64,000 nucleotides of DNA, taken from positions 1,120,001 to 1,184,000 of the forward strand of contig CBDBDQ010000005.1 in assembly GCA_965203905.1 (NCBI GenBank). The letters run 5' to 3'. Below are positions 48,784-58,244 of the stretch, in pieces (positions within the stretch are counted from its first letter, which is position 1; every line of letters begins with the position of its first letter). The translations under genes were made by a program, and so were the position numbers. This DNA comes from Spirochaetia bacterium (GTDB lineage: Bacteria > Spirochaetota > Spirochaetia > SZUA-6 > Bin103). The notes beneath the pieces are model-generated. The model was not told the DNA's origin. It made no database searches and saw only the letters and a list, made by a program, of their open reading frames with translations.

Positions 48784-50699
48784 GCAGCACCGGCGCCAGC
48801 CCCTCCGAGCAGGTCTACCAGGCGCGGCGCCGGCGCACGGGGGGTGTCCCGCCGCTGGCCGCGGTCGGCTCCCAGGTGAACCGCGAGGAGCAGATGTTCG
48901 GCCAGGCCTTCGACGGCGCCGTGGTACGCCGCTTCCTGGCGTTCGTGCGCCCCTACCGCGCTCCTCTGTGGCTGTCCCTTGCGGCGGTGCTGGTATTCAC
49001 GTTTACCCAGATGGCGATTCCCCTGATCATCCGCGTCGTCATCGACGAGGCACTGCTGGCGGGAGCCGCCTCCACCGCGCAGCGCCTGTTGTTCGGGGCC
49101 TGCGCGGTGTTCGCGGCCCTGATCGCGGTCAACTACGTGGCCAACCTGATCCAGGAGTCGGTGGTGGCACGGGTGGCGGAGGTGGTGCTGTTCGACCTGC
49201 GCCGCGCCATGTACGCGCACCTGCAGCGGGTGGCGCTGGCGTTCATGGACCGCACCGAGGTGGGGCGGCTGATGGCGCGGCTGCAGGGCGACGTCAACGC
49301 CCTGCAGGAGTTCCTCGAATCCACCGTGTTCGCGGTCGGCGACCTGGTGCTGCTGGTCGGCATCATCGTGATCCTGCTGCTGATGAACCTGCCGCTGGGG
49401 TTGATGACCCTGGCGATCGTGCCGGCGCTGCTGATCGTGCGCGCCCTGTGGCTGCCGCACGCGCGACGTGCGTTCCTCGGCGCCCGGCAGACCAGCGCCA
49501 ACGCCAACGGCGCCCTCGCGGAGAGCATCAACGGGGTGCGCCTGATCCAGGAGATGGGCCGCCAGCGGGTCAACTTCGACCTCTACGAGGAAAAGGTGTT
49601 CGACACCATGCGCACCCAGATCCGGGCCTCGCGCTACTCGATGATCATGCTGCCCACGGTCGACACCCTGTCGGGCCTGGCGATCGGCCTGGTCGTGGTG
49701 GTGGGCGGCGCGCTGACTCTGGGCGGCAGCATCGAGCTGGGGGTGATGATCGCCTTCTTCTTCTACGTGCAGCGCTTCTTCGCGCCGATCCGCTCGGTCA
49801 CCATGCAGTACAGCATCATGCAGCGCGCCATGGCCTCCGGCCAGCGCATCTTCGAGGTGCTGGACGTGCCGGTGCAGATCGAGGATCGACCCGGGGCGCG
49901 CGATCCCGGGGACATCGACGGCTCGGTGGAGTTCCGCAACGTCACCTTCGGCTATGTCGAGGGGCAACCGATCCTGCACGACATCTCGTTCCGGGTGGAG
50001 CCGGGCGAGACCGTGGCCCTGGTCGGGCCGACCGGCTCGGGCAAGACCAGCCTCACCGCCCTGGCGCACCGCTTCTACGACGTGTGGCAGGGCCAGATCC
50101 TGGTGGGCGGCCACGACGTGCGCGACGTCACCCAGGCCTCCCTGGGGCGCCACATCGGCATGGTGCTGCAGGAGCCGTTCCTGTTCACCGGCACCATCAC
50201 CGAGAACATCCGCTACGCCGCCAGGGACGCCACCCAGGAGGATGTCGAGCGCGCCGCCATCGCGGTGGGAGCGCACGAGTTCATCACCCGCCTGCCGCAG
50301 GGCTACAACACCCTGCTGGAGCAGCGCGGCAGCAACCTGTCCCTGGGGCAGCGGCAGCTCATCAGCTTCGCCCGCGCCATCGTCGCCGATACCCGCATCC
50401 TGGTGCTCGACGAGGCCACCGCCAATATCGACAGCTACACCGAGATGCAGATCCAGCGCGCTCTGCGCGGGCTGCTGCACCAGCGCACCGGCCTGGTGAT
50501 CGCCCACCGCCTCGCCACCATCCGCAACGCGGACCGGATCATCGTGCTGCAGGAGGGCCGCATCACCGAGCAGGGCACCCACGACGAGTTGCTGGCGCTG
50601 GACGGGCTCTACGCCGGCCTGTACGGCATGCACTACGCGTCGTTCGACGACCTCCCCGACGAGATGGTCACCACCGCCGCCGCCAAGACCGCGACCTGA
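48780..50699 (+). CDS. Heterodimeric ABC exporter subunit B
   Basis: TMD plus NBD. GPTGSGKT, degenerate signature LSLGQRQ, ILVLDEAT, IAHRL. Confidence 0.94.
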   Translation: MSSTGASPSEQVYQARRRRTGGVPPLAAVGSQVNREEQMFGQAFDGAVVRRFLAFVRPYRAPLWLSLAAVLVFTFTQMAIPLIIRVVIDEALLAGAASTAQRLLFGACAVFAALIAVNYVANLIQESVVARVAEVVLFDLRRAMYAHLQRVALAFMDRTEVGRLMARLQGDVNALQEFLESTVFAVGDLVLLVGIIVILLLMNLPLGLMTLAIVPALLIVRALWLPHARRAFLGARQTSANANGALAESINGVRLIQEMGRQRVNFDLYEEKVFDTMRTQIRASRYSMIMLPTVDTLSGLAIGLVVVVGGALTLGGSIELGVMIAFFFYVQRFFAPIRSVTMQYSIMQRAMASGQRIFEVLDVPVQIEDRPGARDPGDIDGSVEFRNVTFGYVEGQPILHDISFRVEPGETVALVGPTGSGKTSLTALAHRFYDVWQGQILVGGHDVRDVTQASLGRHIGMVLQEPFLFTGTITENIRYAARDATQEDVERAAIAVGAHEFITRLPQGYNTLLEQRGSNLSLGQRQLISFARAIVADTRILVLDEATANIDSYTEMQIQRALRGLLHQRTGLVIAHRLATIRNADRIIVLQEGRITEQGTHDELLALDGLYAGLYGMHYASFDDLPDEMVTTAAAKTAT

Positions 50700-50957
50700 G
50701 CGCCCGCCGCGCGTGCGGGGGCGGCTCCTCAGTGCCGCGGCTGCTCGTGGACGCATCCCGGCGCCCGTGCTGCACCGTTCGCTGACACACCGCGGCCCGC
50801 GCTCGAAGGCGCTCCCCGCGTCGACTCGGGCGCGCCGCAGCAGGCGGTGTCCCGGCCAGCGGCGAACCGGCCTGGTCGAAGTCACGACGTGGGCACGACA
50901 CAGCCGCGAGGACGCCACCGGTACTCCCGTGCCTTCAGCTTCGCGCTGCCGGCCGTC

Positions 50958-52364
50958 TCAGGTGTCCTGCAGCAGTCTTTCCAGCGCCGCAGAACGGCGC
51001 ACCGGATAGGGCGCGGTGCAGCGCAGCGCGCGCACCGGCGGCGGCAGGCTGGCGAGGCTGCCGGCGGCCCGCTCGCGGATCACCGCCAGCGGCTCCCGCG
51101 GCGCCACCCGCGCTCCGTCCCGCAGCCGCGCGGCCAACAGCGGCGTGCGCCGTTCACGCGGCGCGCTCGGTGCGCCGGCCGCGGGCCGCTCGCCCGCACT
51201 CCCGCCTGCGACCGCCGCTGCTTCGGCTTCCTGCTCCAGGCACAGCAGATCGGCGGTGGCGGTGGCGCCCACGCCCACGTAGCAGCGTAGCACCTGCTTG
51301 ATGCCGGGCAGGGTTGCCTTGCCGGGCTCCTCCGAGCGCTTGACCGCGGGCTGCCAGTCGCCGCCGCGGCGCACCGCCACCAGCTTGTAGACCCCGCCCA
51401 GGGCCGGGTCGCCGTGGGCGGTGACCAGGCGCGTGCCGACGCCCCAGGCGTCGATGGGAGCGCCCTCCCGGTGCAGCTCCTCGATGCGCGCCTCGTCCAG
51501 GTCGCTGGACACCACGATACGGGCGGCCTGCAGGCCCGCCGCGTCCAGCCGTTCCCGCACCGCGCGGCTGAGGCGTCCCAGGTCGCCGCTGTCCAGCCGC
51601 ACGCCGAAGCCGCTGCCGCCGCGCGCCTGCAGGTCGCGCAGCACCGGAATCGCGTGCGGAATCCCGCTGTCCAGGGTGTCGTAGGTATCCACCAGCAGGA
51701 TCGCCCGCTCCGGGTAGAGCTGGGCGAAGCGGGCGAAGGCCGCCTGCTCGTCGCCGAAGGCCTGGACCCAGGAGTGGGCCATGGTGCCGCTCACCGGGAT
51801 CCCGTAGCGCTCCCCGGCGGCGACGTTGGAGGTGCCGTCCACGCCGCCGACGTAGGCGGCACGGGCCGCCGACATGGCCCCGTCCAGCCCCTGCGCGCGG
51901 CGCAGCCCGAACTCGTACACGCGCCCGCCGGCCGCCGACTGCACCACCCGCGCCGCCTTGGTGGCGATCAGGGTCTGGAAGTTGACCACGTTGAGCAGCA
52001 GGCTCTCCAGGAGCTGCGCCTCGGTGAGGCGCGCGGTCACCCGCAGCAGCGGCTCGCCGGGGAACATGGCGGTCCCCTCCGGCGGCGCGTGCAGGGCGCC
52101 CCGAAACCGCCATTCCTCCAGGAAGCGGAGGAACTCCGGCCGAAACGGACCCAGCCGCTTCAGGTACTCCAGCTCGGGGGAGTGGAAGCGCAGCGCCGCG
52201 GCCGCGTCGACCACGTCTTCCAGGCCCGCGGCCAGCGCGTAGCCGCCGCCGAACGGCGGGCGCCGGAAGAACAGCTCGAAGGCGACCTCGGGATCGTGGC
52301 GCTGCAGGAAGTAGCCCTGCACCATGGTGAGCTGGTACAGGTCGGTGGCGAGGGCGGAGACCAC
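50958..52364 (-). CDS. pncB: Nicotinate phosphoribosyltransferase
   Basis: LATDLYQLTM, FFRR, EFGLRRAQG, GTMAHSWV, LVDTYDT, VRLDSGDL, GVYKL. Confidence 0.95.
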   Translation of the reverse strand: MVSALATDLYQLTMVQGYFLQRHDPEVAFELFFRRPPFGGGYALAAGLEDVVDAAAALRFHSPELEYLKRLGPFRPEFLRFLEEWRFRGALHAPPEGTAMFPGEPLLRVTARLTEAQLLESLLLNVVNFQTLIATKAARVVQSAAGGRVYEFGLRRAQGLDGAMSAARAAYVGGVDGTSNVAAGERYGIPVSGTMAHSWVQAFGDEQAAFARFAQLYPERAILLVDTYDTLDSGIPHAIPVLRDLQARGGSGFGVRLDSGDLGRLSRAVRERLDAAGLQAARIVVSSDLDEARIEELHREGAPIDAWGVGTRLVTAHGDPALGGVYKLVAVRRGGDWQPAVKRSEEPGKATLPGIKQVLRCYVGVGATATADLLCLEQEAEAAAVAGGSAGERPAAGAPSAPRERRTPLLAARLRDGARVAPREPLAVIRERAAGSLASLPPPVRALRCTAPYPVRRSAALERLLQDT

Positions 52365-52378
52365 GCCGGATGGTTCGG

Positions 52379-52978
52379 TCAGGAGATCCGTACGCCGGCC
52401 GCGCGCATCTCCGCCACGGCGCGCTGCACGTTGCCGGGCGGCAGATCCACCCCGCGGCAGGCACCGGTGAGCACTTCGGCGGCGAATCCCAGCCGCGCCG
52501 CGTCGAGGGCGGAGTAGCACACGCAGTAGTCGGTGGCCAGGCCGCACAGCGCCACCTGGCGCACCCCAAGCGCTTCGAGGTAGCCGGCCAGCCCGGTGGC
52601 GGTGCGGCGGTCGTTCTCGAAGAACGCCGAGTAGGAATCCAGCACCGCGCGCACCCCCTTGCGCAGGATCAGGTTGACGCGGCCGGTGTCCAGGCCGGGA
52701 TGCAGCGCCGCCCCGGGGCTGCCCTGCACGCAGTGGTCGGGCCACAGCGTCTGCTCGATGCCGTCGATGCGGACGCTGTCGTAAAGCGCGGCGCCGGGGT
52801 GCTGGGAGGCGAACGAGCAGTGGTCCGCCGGGTGCCAGTCCTGGGTCGCCACCACCAGGTCGTACTCGGGCATCAGCCGGTTGGCCGCCTCCACCACCGC
52901 GTCGCCCTCGGTCACCGCCAGCGCGCCGCCGGGGCAGAAGTCGTTCTGCACGTCGATGACCAGGAGTGCGCTACTCAT
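52379..52978 (-). CDS. pncA: Nicotinamidase/pyrazinamidase
   Basis: DVQNDFCPGGAL, TQDWHP, WPDHCVQG, DSYSAF, GLATDYCV. Confidence 0.96.
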   Translation of the reverse strand: MSSALLVIDVQNDFCPGGALAVTEGDAVVEAANRLMPEYDLVVATQDWHPADHCSFASQHPGAALYDSVRIDGIEQTLWPDHCVQGSPGAALHPGLDTGRVNLILRKGVRAVLDSYSAFFENDRRTATGLAGYLEALGVRQVALCGLATDYCVCYSALDAARLGFAAEVLTGACRGVDLPPGNVQRAVAEMRAAGVRIS

Positions 52979-53252
52979 CGCGCTAAGCTACACCCGCCCC
53001 GCGCCAGAGCGCAAACCGGCCATAAAAGCCCGCAACGGACTCCGGGGCTACGGGACGAACGGGACGACTGCTTGACCGCGGCCGAGGAATCATTGTCATT
53101 CATGCCGTCGAAATAATCCCCGTACGATCCTGACGTCGGGTACCACAGAGGAACCATCACGATCCGAGGACGACGGCGCGGACGGGGTCGGCACGCCAAT
53201 CGCGCCATGCTCGACTTTGACAGGTTTGCGAAGAACTGTAAGAACGTATCTC

Positions 53253-53474
53253 ATGGCGACCAGCAGAACTACGTACAAGTACCACTTCAAGTTGGGCAAC
53301 AAGATCGTCCACACTGGAATCACCAAGGACCTTGATCGCCGTGAGGCGGAGCATCGGCGCAAGGAGGGCTGGGAAACGGGGCACATCACGCAGGTCGGAG
53401 TTCGTACCACGTCGGAAGCAGCGAAGCAGTGGGAAGACGAACAGCGCAATCGAGGCAAGCCAACCGGTCCGTAG
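53253..53474 (+). CDS. Minimal GIY-YIG-like protein (73 aa)
   Basis: YKYHFK..IVHTGITKDLDRREAEH..AAKQWE. Lower-GC codon usage. Confidence 0.65.
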   Translation: MATSRTTYKYHFKLGNKIVHTGITKDLDRREAEHRRKEGWETGHITQVGVRTTSEAAKQWEDEQRNRGKPTGP

Positions 53475-53490
53475 AAACCGCCATCGGAAC

Positions 53491-54501
53491 TCAACTGTCG
53501 GCGGCGCCCGAGGAGGGGGACGCGTAGCGGAGGGCACAGGCCACGCCGATCGCCGCCAGCGCCGCGCCCGCCAGCGCCGCCAGCAACACGCCCGCGAACT
53601 CGCCGGCGGGCACCTGTCCCAGCTCTGCTGGCGGCACCTTGGGCACCGCGTGGAGGGGCAGGGAGCCGGCGTCGGTGCCCGGTGGCAGCGCCAGGAACGG
53701 CCACAGGCGGCGCAGCGAGCCCAGCATCAGGCCGCTGAGCGCCGCCAGGGTCACCCCGCGGGCGCGGCGCAGCAGCCAGGTGATCAGCTTGCTGACGGTG
53801 CCCAGACCGAGCAGCACGCCGGCCTGGAACACCAGCAGCGGCAGGAGCTGTGGCGCGCCGCGCGTCAGGTCGCGGATCACGTCGATCAGGTAGGGGTAGG
53901 GGCCAAGCACCAGCAGCACGAAGGCGCCGCTGACCCCGGGCAGCACCATCACCGCGGCCCCGATCGCGCCGCTGAGGCCCAGGAACCAGAGCGCCGGTTC
54001 GGCGGCGGCGCGCACCGGCAACCCCAGCAGCAGGACCGCGCCGGCGGCGGCCAGCAGCAGCGCCGCCACCTGCGGAAGACGCCAGCGGCCCACCGCGCGC
54101 AGCGGCAGCACCACCGCCACCGGCACCACGCCGCAGAAGAAGGCCAGCGCCAACCCCGGCGCCGCGTCCAGCAGCGCCCCAACCGGGTGGCTGAACAGCA
54201 GCGGCGCACCCACCATCCCGGCCCCCAGCACCAGCGCGAAGCGCCACGGCACGCCACGCCAGGCGGCGGCCACCCGCGCCCACCGGCCGCCACCACCGGC
54301 GCCGGCCGGCAGCAGCAGCGCCCACACCACCTCCACCAGTGCCGCGAGCGCCGCCACCAGCCGCTCGTAGATGCCCAGGATCAGGGCCAGGGTGCCGGCG
54401 CTGACCCCCGGCACCAGCTCGACGACGCCCATGCCCATGCCGCGCAGCAGGGTAAGCAGGTCGCTGCGCCACTCGGAACCGGCGCCGGCAGATCGTTTCA
54501 C
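53491..54501 (-). CDS. DUF368 membrane protein (undecaprenyl-phosphate translocase family)
   Basis: Two re-entrant motifs, VPGVSAGTLALILGIYERL and LPGVSGAFVLLVLG. Confidence 0.88.
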   Translation of the reverse strand: MKRSAGAGSEWRSDLLTLLRGMGMGVVELVPGVSAGTLALILGIYERLVAALAALVEVVWALLLPAGAGGGGRWARVAAAWRGVPWRFALVLGAGMVGAPLLFSHPVGALLDAAPGLALAFFCGVVPVAVVLPLRAVGRWRLPQVAALLLAAAGAVLLLGLPVRAAAEPALWFLGLSGAIGAAVMVLPGVSGAFVLLVLGPYPYLIDVIRDLTRGAPQLLPLLVFQAGVLLGLGTVSKLITWLLRRARGVTLAALSGLMLGSLRRLWPFLALPPGTDAGSLPLHAVPKVPPAELGQVPAGEFAGVLLAALAGAALAAIGVACALRYASPSSGAADS

Positions 54502-54569
54502 GACGCCCAGTGTGCCCGATCCCGGCCATCGCTGCAGGGCGCGAACCTGCGCGAACCGGCAGCAGTCGG

Positions 54570-54978
54570 AGTCGGCTCCACGAATCTACCGTTGCTGCGA
54601 CGCCTGGGTGGACGGCGGCGTGGCGGGGATGAAGGCGGCGGCCGGGAGCTGCTGGCCGCGCTGCCGGCGGAGTCGTGGCAGCCGCGCGCGGCGTTGATCG
54701 GGCACGCCCACATCGACGTGGTGTGGCTGTGGCCGGAGACGGCCACGCGGCACAAGAACGTACACTCCTTCGCCACCCAGCTCCGGCTGCTGGATGCCTA
54801 CCCCGAGATGGTGTTCGCGCACAGCACGCCGGCGGTGTACCGCGCGGTGCAGGAGGATGCGCCCGCGCTCGTCCCGCAGATCAAGCGCCACCTGGCGGCG
54901 GGGCGCTGGGAGCTGATGGGCGGCTTCGAGGTGGAGCCGGACGCGCCCGCGGAGTTGCTCGGGGTACCGGCGCCATGA
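54570..54978 (+). pseudogene. Alpha-mannosidase (GH38) N-terminal fragment
   Basis: IGHAHIDVVWLW...GRWELMGGFEVEPD, then an abrupt stop. Probable frameshift upstream and no clean start. Confidence 0.8.
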
Positions 54979-54996
54979 TCGCGGCGCGGATTTCAG

Positions 54997-56130
54997 TTAT
55001 GTGGTACGCCGGTCCAGCTCGCCCTCGCGCAGCCCGGCGGCGAAGGGTTCCGGCCTGGTGTACGGGGTAGTCATCGCCAGCGGTGCGTCGCTGGCCGCCG
55101 AGCGCACCACGCCCTCCATGATCTCCAGCACGTGGTTGGCGCGCTCGCCCGAGGCGCGGTGCGGCCGGCCCGCCAGCAGCGCGGCCGCCATCTCCGCCAC
55201 CCCCAGGCCGCGCCAGGAGCCCGCGGCGTAGGGGCGCTCGGTCACCATGGCGTGCCAGTCGCCGCCCTCCGGTCCCTGCCGGTACAGGTCGAACTCCGCC
55301 TCGTAGTGGTTCCAGTGCGGCAGCCGCAGGGTGCCCTCGGTCCCGTACACCTCCATCACCGGCAGCTTCGAGGCCCAGATCTCCCAACTGATCATCAGGT
55401 TGGCCATGGCGCCCGCCGCGAACTCCAGGGCGCACACCAGGTGGGTTGGGGTCTGCACCTCGATCCTCTCGCCGTAGCGCGGCTCGGTGAGCACCGTGCG
55501 GTCGGGGATGCCGATCTGGGCCCGCGCCGACACCGTCTTGACCGGCCCGAACAGCGCCAGCAGCGCGGTGATGATGTACACGCCCTGGTCGAGCATCGGT
55601 CCCGCCCCCTTCTCGTAGAAGAAGTGCGGGTTGGCGTGGTAGGCGTCGGGACCGTGCCCGGCCACCGTGCCGAAGGCGGCCACCAGCCTGCCGATGGCGC
55701 CCTCGTCGACCAGTTGCCGGCAGTGCTGATGCCCGCCCGCGAGAAAGGTGTCGGGGGCGCAGCCGACGCGCAGCCCCTTCTCACCGGCCCGGCGCAGCAC
55801 CGCCTGCGCCTCCGGCAGGGTGATGCCGAGCGGCTTTTCGGAGTAGACGTGCTTGCCGCGGTCCAGCGCCGCCAGGTTGAGCTCGGCGTGGGTCGCCGGG
55901 ATCGTCAGGTTGAGCACTAGGTCGGTGTCGTCGCCGCGCACCAGCTCGTCCACGCTGCAGGCGCGGCCGAAGCCGTACTCCGAGGCCACCCGCCGCGCCC
56001 GCTCCGGCAGCAGGTCGGCGCACGCCGCGAACGCCACGTGGTCGAACCGCTGCAGCGTCTCCAGGTAGGAGTCGCACACCATCCCGCAGCCGATCACCCC
56101 CAGGCGAACCTTGTCCCCGTTTGCGTTCAT
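54997..56130 (-). CDS. Gfo/Idh/MocA oxidoreductase
   Basis: GVIGCG, NLTIPATH, HVYSEKP, GCAPDTF, GAGPMLDQGVY, ANHVLE. Confidence 0.93.
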   Translation of the reverse strand: MNANGDKVRLGVIGCGMVCDSYLETLQRFDHVAFAACADLLPERARRVASEYGFGRACSVDELVRGDDTDLVLNLTIPATHAELNLAALDRGKHVYSEKPLGITLPEAQAVLRRAGEKGLRVGCAPDTFLAGGHQHCRQLVDEGAIGRLVAAFGTVAGHGPDAYHANPHFFYEKGAGPMLDQGVYIITALLALFGPVKTVSARAQIGIPDRTVLTEPRYGERIEVQTPTHLVCALEFAAGAMANLMISWEIWASKLPVMEVYGTEGTLRLPHWNHYEAEFDLYRQGPEGGDWHAMVTERPYAAGSWRGLGVAEMAAALLAGRPHRASGERANHVLEIMEGVVRSAASDAPLAMTTPYTRPEPFAAGLREGELDRRTT

Positions 56131-56168
56131 CGCGCCGGAATGTAGCCCCGCACGCAGCCGCCCGCAAG
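56126..56168 (-). repeat. 43-bp imperfect direct repeat, copy 1 (promoter plus ATGAA of the Gfo gene)
   Basis: 38/43 identical to 58055-58097. Contains TTGCGG-17-TACATT-8-ATG. Confidence 0.8.
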
Positions 56169-56259
56169 GGCCGACCGGCGCTGAGCGCCTCGCCGCAGGC
56201 CCACGAGTGGCAACTCCGGCGCCGGAGCGCGCATCCCACGTGCCGCGCGCCGCCCGCGC

Positions 56260-58059
56260 CTACGCGGATCCGGTCTCTCCCGTGCCAGCACCGACGAACA
56301 ACTCGGCGAGCAGGTCCAGCTTCTCGGAGACCTCGTCGGGAATGCGGTCCAATGGAAGGAACTCGACGAGCCGGTACAGCTCGCCCTTGCGCAGCAGCAT
56401 GGCGTGCCCCAGCCGCCCCGCGAGGCGGCGAAAGAACTCCTCGGCAAACGCACTGAGCTTGAGGCGTTCGGTGCGGGCCTCCCACAACAGCCGGCCGGTG
56501 GCTTCGTCGGCACCCTTCCAAACCGCGAAGTCCTGGTCCCGGCCACCAAATACATGTTCCCGGATCGCAGCGTCCAGGGCCTCGTCTATGTCGCTTTCGA
56601 ACCCGCCGAACAACGGCGTGTCGTGGTAGTGGTTCTTGGCGAAGGCACTCAGGGTGCCGGGCGTAACGACATAGTTTTCACACTCGTACCGTTGCCAGTA
56701 ACAGATCCGGAGCCCACCCTCGTCAGAGTCCTGTCGCCCGCGGCCGTCGTTGTCGAGAATGGCCAGCCCTTTCAGTTCGGGCACCATCCCGCGCAGCGCG
56801 TGGAAGTGTTGCTGCGGGGTCACCCCGAATCCTCCTTCCACGCGCGCCAGCTCCGAGTCCACGCTGGTGTCCGGATAGTTGTCCGCGACGTAGAACGTAT
56901 TGATGCGCTCATCCCAGCTCGTGGCCGCGGAGTGCCCGATCCGGTTCGCCAGCGCTCTAAGAATCTCCACATCGGTACCACCCTCGACATAGAGCACGTA
57001 ACCACGTTGGCGAGCGCGGACATAGTGTTCCGCACCGTAATGCCGCAGCGAATTCTTGATCGCAGTCTTCGCCGCTACGTCGTCGGCTTGACCGGCCAGT
57101 AACAGGGTGAGGTTGTGGTCCCGCGCTTCGTCCAGGATTACTTCCGAGTGGGTAACGAGAATGACCTGGGACTCATTCTGGGCGGCGAGCTCGCGCAACA
57201 GTACGTAGACCTGCTTCTGGCGCAGAATTTCCAGGTGCGCGTCCGGTTCGTCGATCAGGATTACGCTGCGGCGATGCGAGTAGAGATAGGCGAACAGGAG
57301 CAGCATCTGTTGCAGTCCGCGGCCCGCCACCGCGATGTCGAGCGGCTCTCGGACCGGGTCCTGCCGGTAGAACAGGTCGATACTCCCCCTGGCGGTCTCT
57401 TCCGGGACGCTGAACCGGACGTTGAAGAGGCGCTCCATCCATCCGACGATTCGCCCCCAGTCCTCCTGACTCCCCTGATACACCAGCAGGCACAGGTTGC
57501 GCAGCACCTGCGCCGTCTGGCCCTGCCCCAGCAACACGTCGATCCGGCCGCGCTGCAGGACCGGCTCCTCGGTCTCCAGTCCCGACATCGGGTAGAGCAA
57601 CTCGACGTTGAGCGCGGCGGCGGTGGCGATGAGTTCCGGCCGTTCCAGGGTCGTTGCGTCGGGACTGCAGTACACGAGGTCCTCTCCCTGGTTGCGAAAC
57701 CTCATGGTCACCGGCTCGACCTTGTTGTCGTGCAGTACGCCGAGCGTAATGCGCAGAGGAATGTCCGTATTGCCCGTGCGCACCGCCGCGTTGTGCCAGA
57801 AGTAGCGCGTACGCTGCACCGGCACCGCAACGATGTTGAGGCGGTTGAGCGAGGTCGACGTCCGGTTTTTGGGCGGCGCCTTGCCCTTGCTCGCGTGCCA
57901 CGCGCGGACCGCCTGCGACCACAGCGCAATCGCCTGAATGGCCGTGGTCTTGCCGCAGTTGTTGGGTCCGATCAGCACCGCCGGGTGATCCAACTCGATG
58001 CGCTGTCGTTCGCCGAACCGTTTGAAGTTCCGGATCTCCAGGTAGTGGAGGAGCTTCAT
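56260..58059 (-). CDS. OLD-like ABC ATPase plus TOPRIM nuclease
   Basis: IRNFKRF, GPNNCGKTT, AGRGLQQ, ILIDEPDAHL, VTHS, YVEGGTD, ILDND. Lower GC than flanks. Confidence 0.88.
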   Translation of the reverse strand: MKLLHYLEIRNFKRFGERQRIELDHPAVLIGPNNCGKTTAIQAIALWSQAVRAWHASKGKAPPKNRTSTSLNRLNIVAVPVQRTRYFWHNAAVRTGNTDIPLRITLGVLHDNKVEPVTMRFRNQGEDLVYCSPDATTLERPELIATAAALNVELLYPMSGLETEEPVLQRGRIDVLLGQGQTAQVLRNLCLLVYQGSQEDWGRIVGWMERLFNVRFSVPEETARGSIDLFYRQDPVREPLDIAVAGRGLQQMLLLFAYLYSHRRSVILIDEPDAHLEILRQKQVYVLLRELAAQNESQVILVTHSEVILDEARDHNLTLLLAGQADDVAAKTAIKNSLRHYGAEHYVRARQRGYVLYVEGGTDVEILRALANRIGHSAATSWDERINTFYVADNYPDTSVDSELARVEGGFGVTPQQHFHALRGMVPELKGLAILDNDGRGRQDSDEGGLRICYWQRYECENYVVTPGTLSAFAKNHYHDTPLFGGFESDIDEALDAAIREHVFGGRDQDFAVWKGADEATGRLLWEARTERLKLSAFAEEFFRRLAGRLGHAMLLRKGELYRLVEFLPLDRIPDEVSEKLDLLAELFVGAGTGETGSA

Positions 58060-58097
58060 CGCGCCGGAACGTGGCGCCCCACGCCGCCGCCCGCAAG
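58055..58097 (-). repeat. 43-bp imperfect direct repeat, copy 2 (promoter plus ATGAA of the OLD-like gene)
   Basis: TTGCGG-17-CACGTT-8-ATG. Confidence 0.8.
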
Positions 58098-58149
58098 AGC
58101 CCGGCGCACCGAGCACCGGGCCGCGGACCGCCGAGGTCGCGTCATCATC

Positions 58150-58244
58150 GGCCTATCTGCCGGTGTACGCCCGATACCCGCGGCGCCGCCGGTGACGACC
58201 GCAACGTTCCCCGCCAGCAGGCGGCGGTCAGCGGAGGCTGGCAC
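58150..58244 (-). pseudogene. SDR N-terminal remnant
   Basis: RLLAGNVAVVTGGAAGIGR Rossmann motif, after which similarity is lost. Confidence 0.65.

Noticed and set aside
46837-50699. Degenerate ABC motifs as a sign of pseudogenisation
   Set aside because: One degenerate ATP site is normal for TM287/288-type heterodimeric exporters.
52975-53208. 77-aa ORF or riboswitch upstream of pncA
   Set aside because: No recognisable motif, and pncA has its own -10 six nt before the ATG, leaving no leader for a switch.
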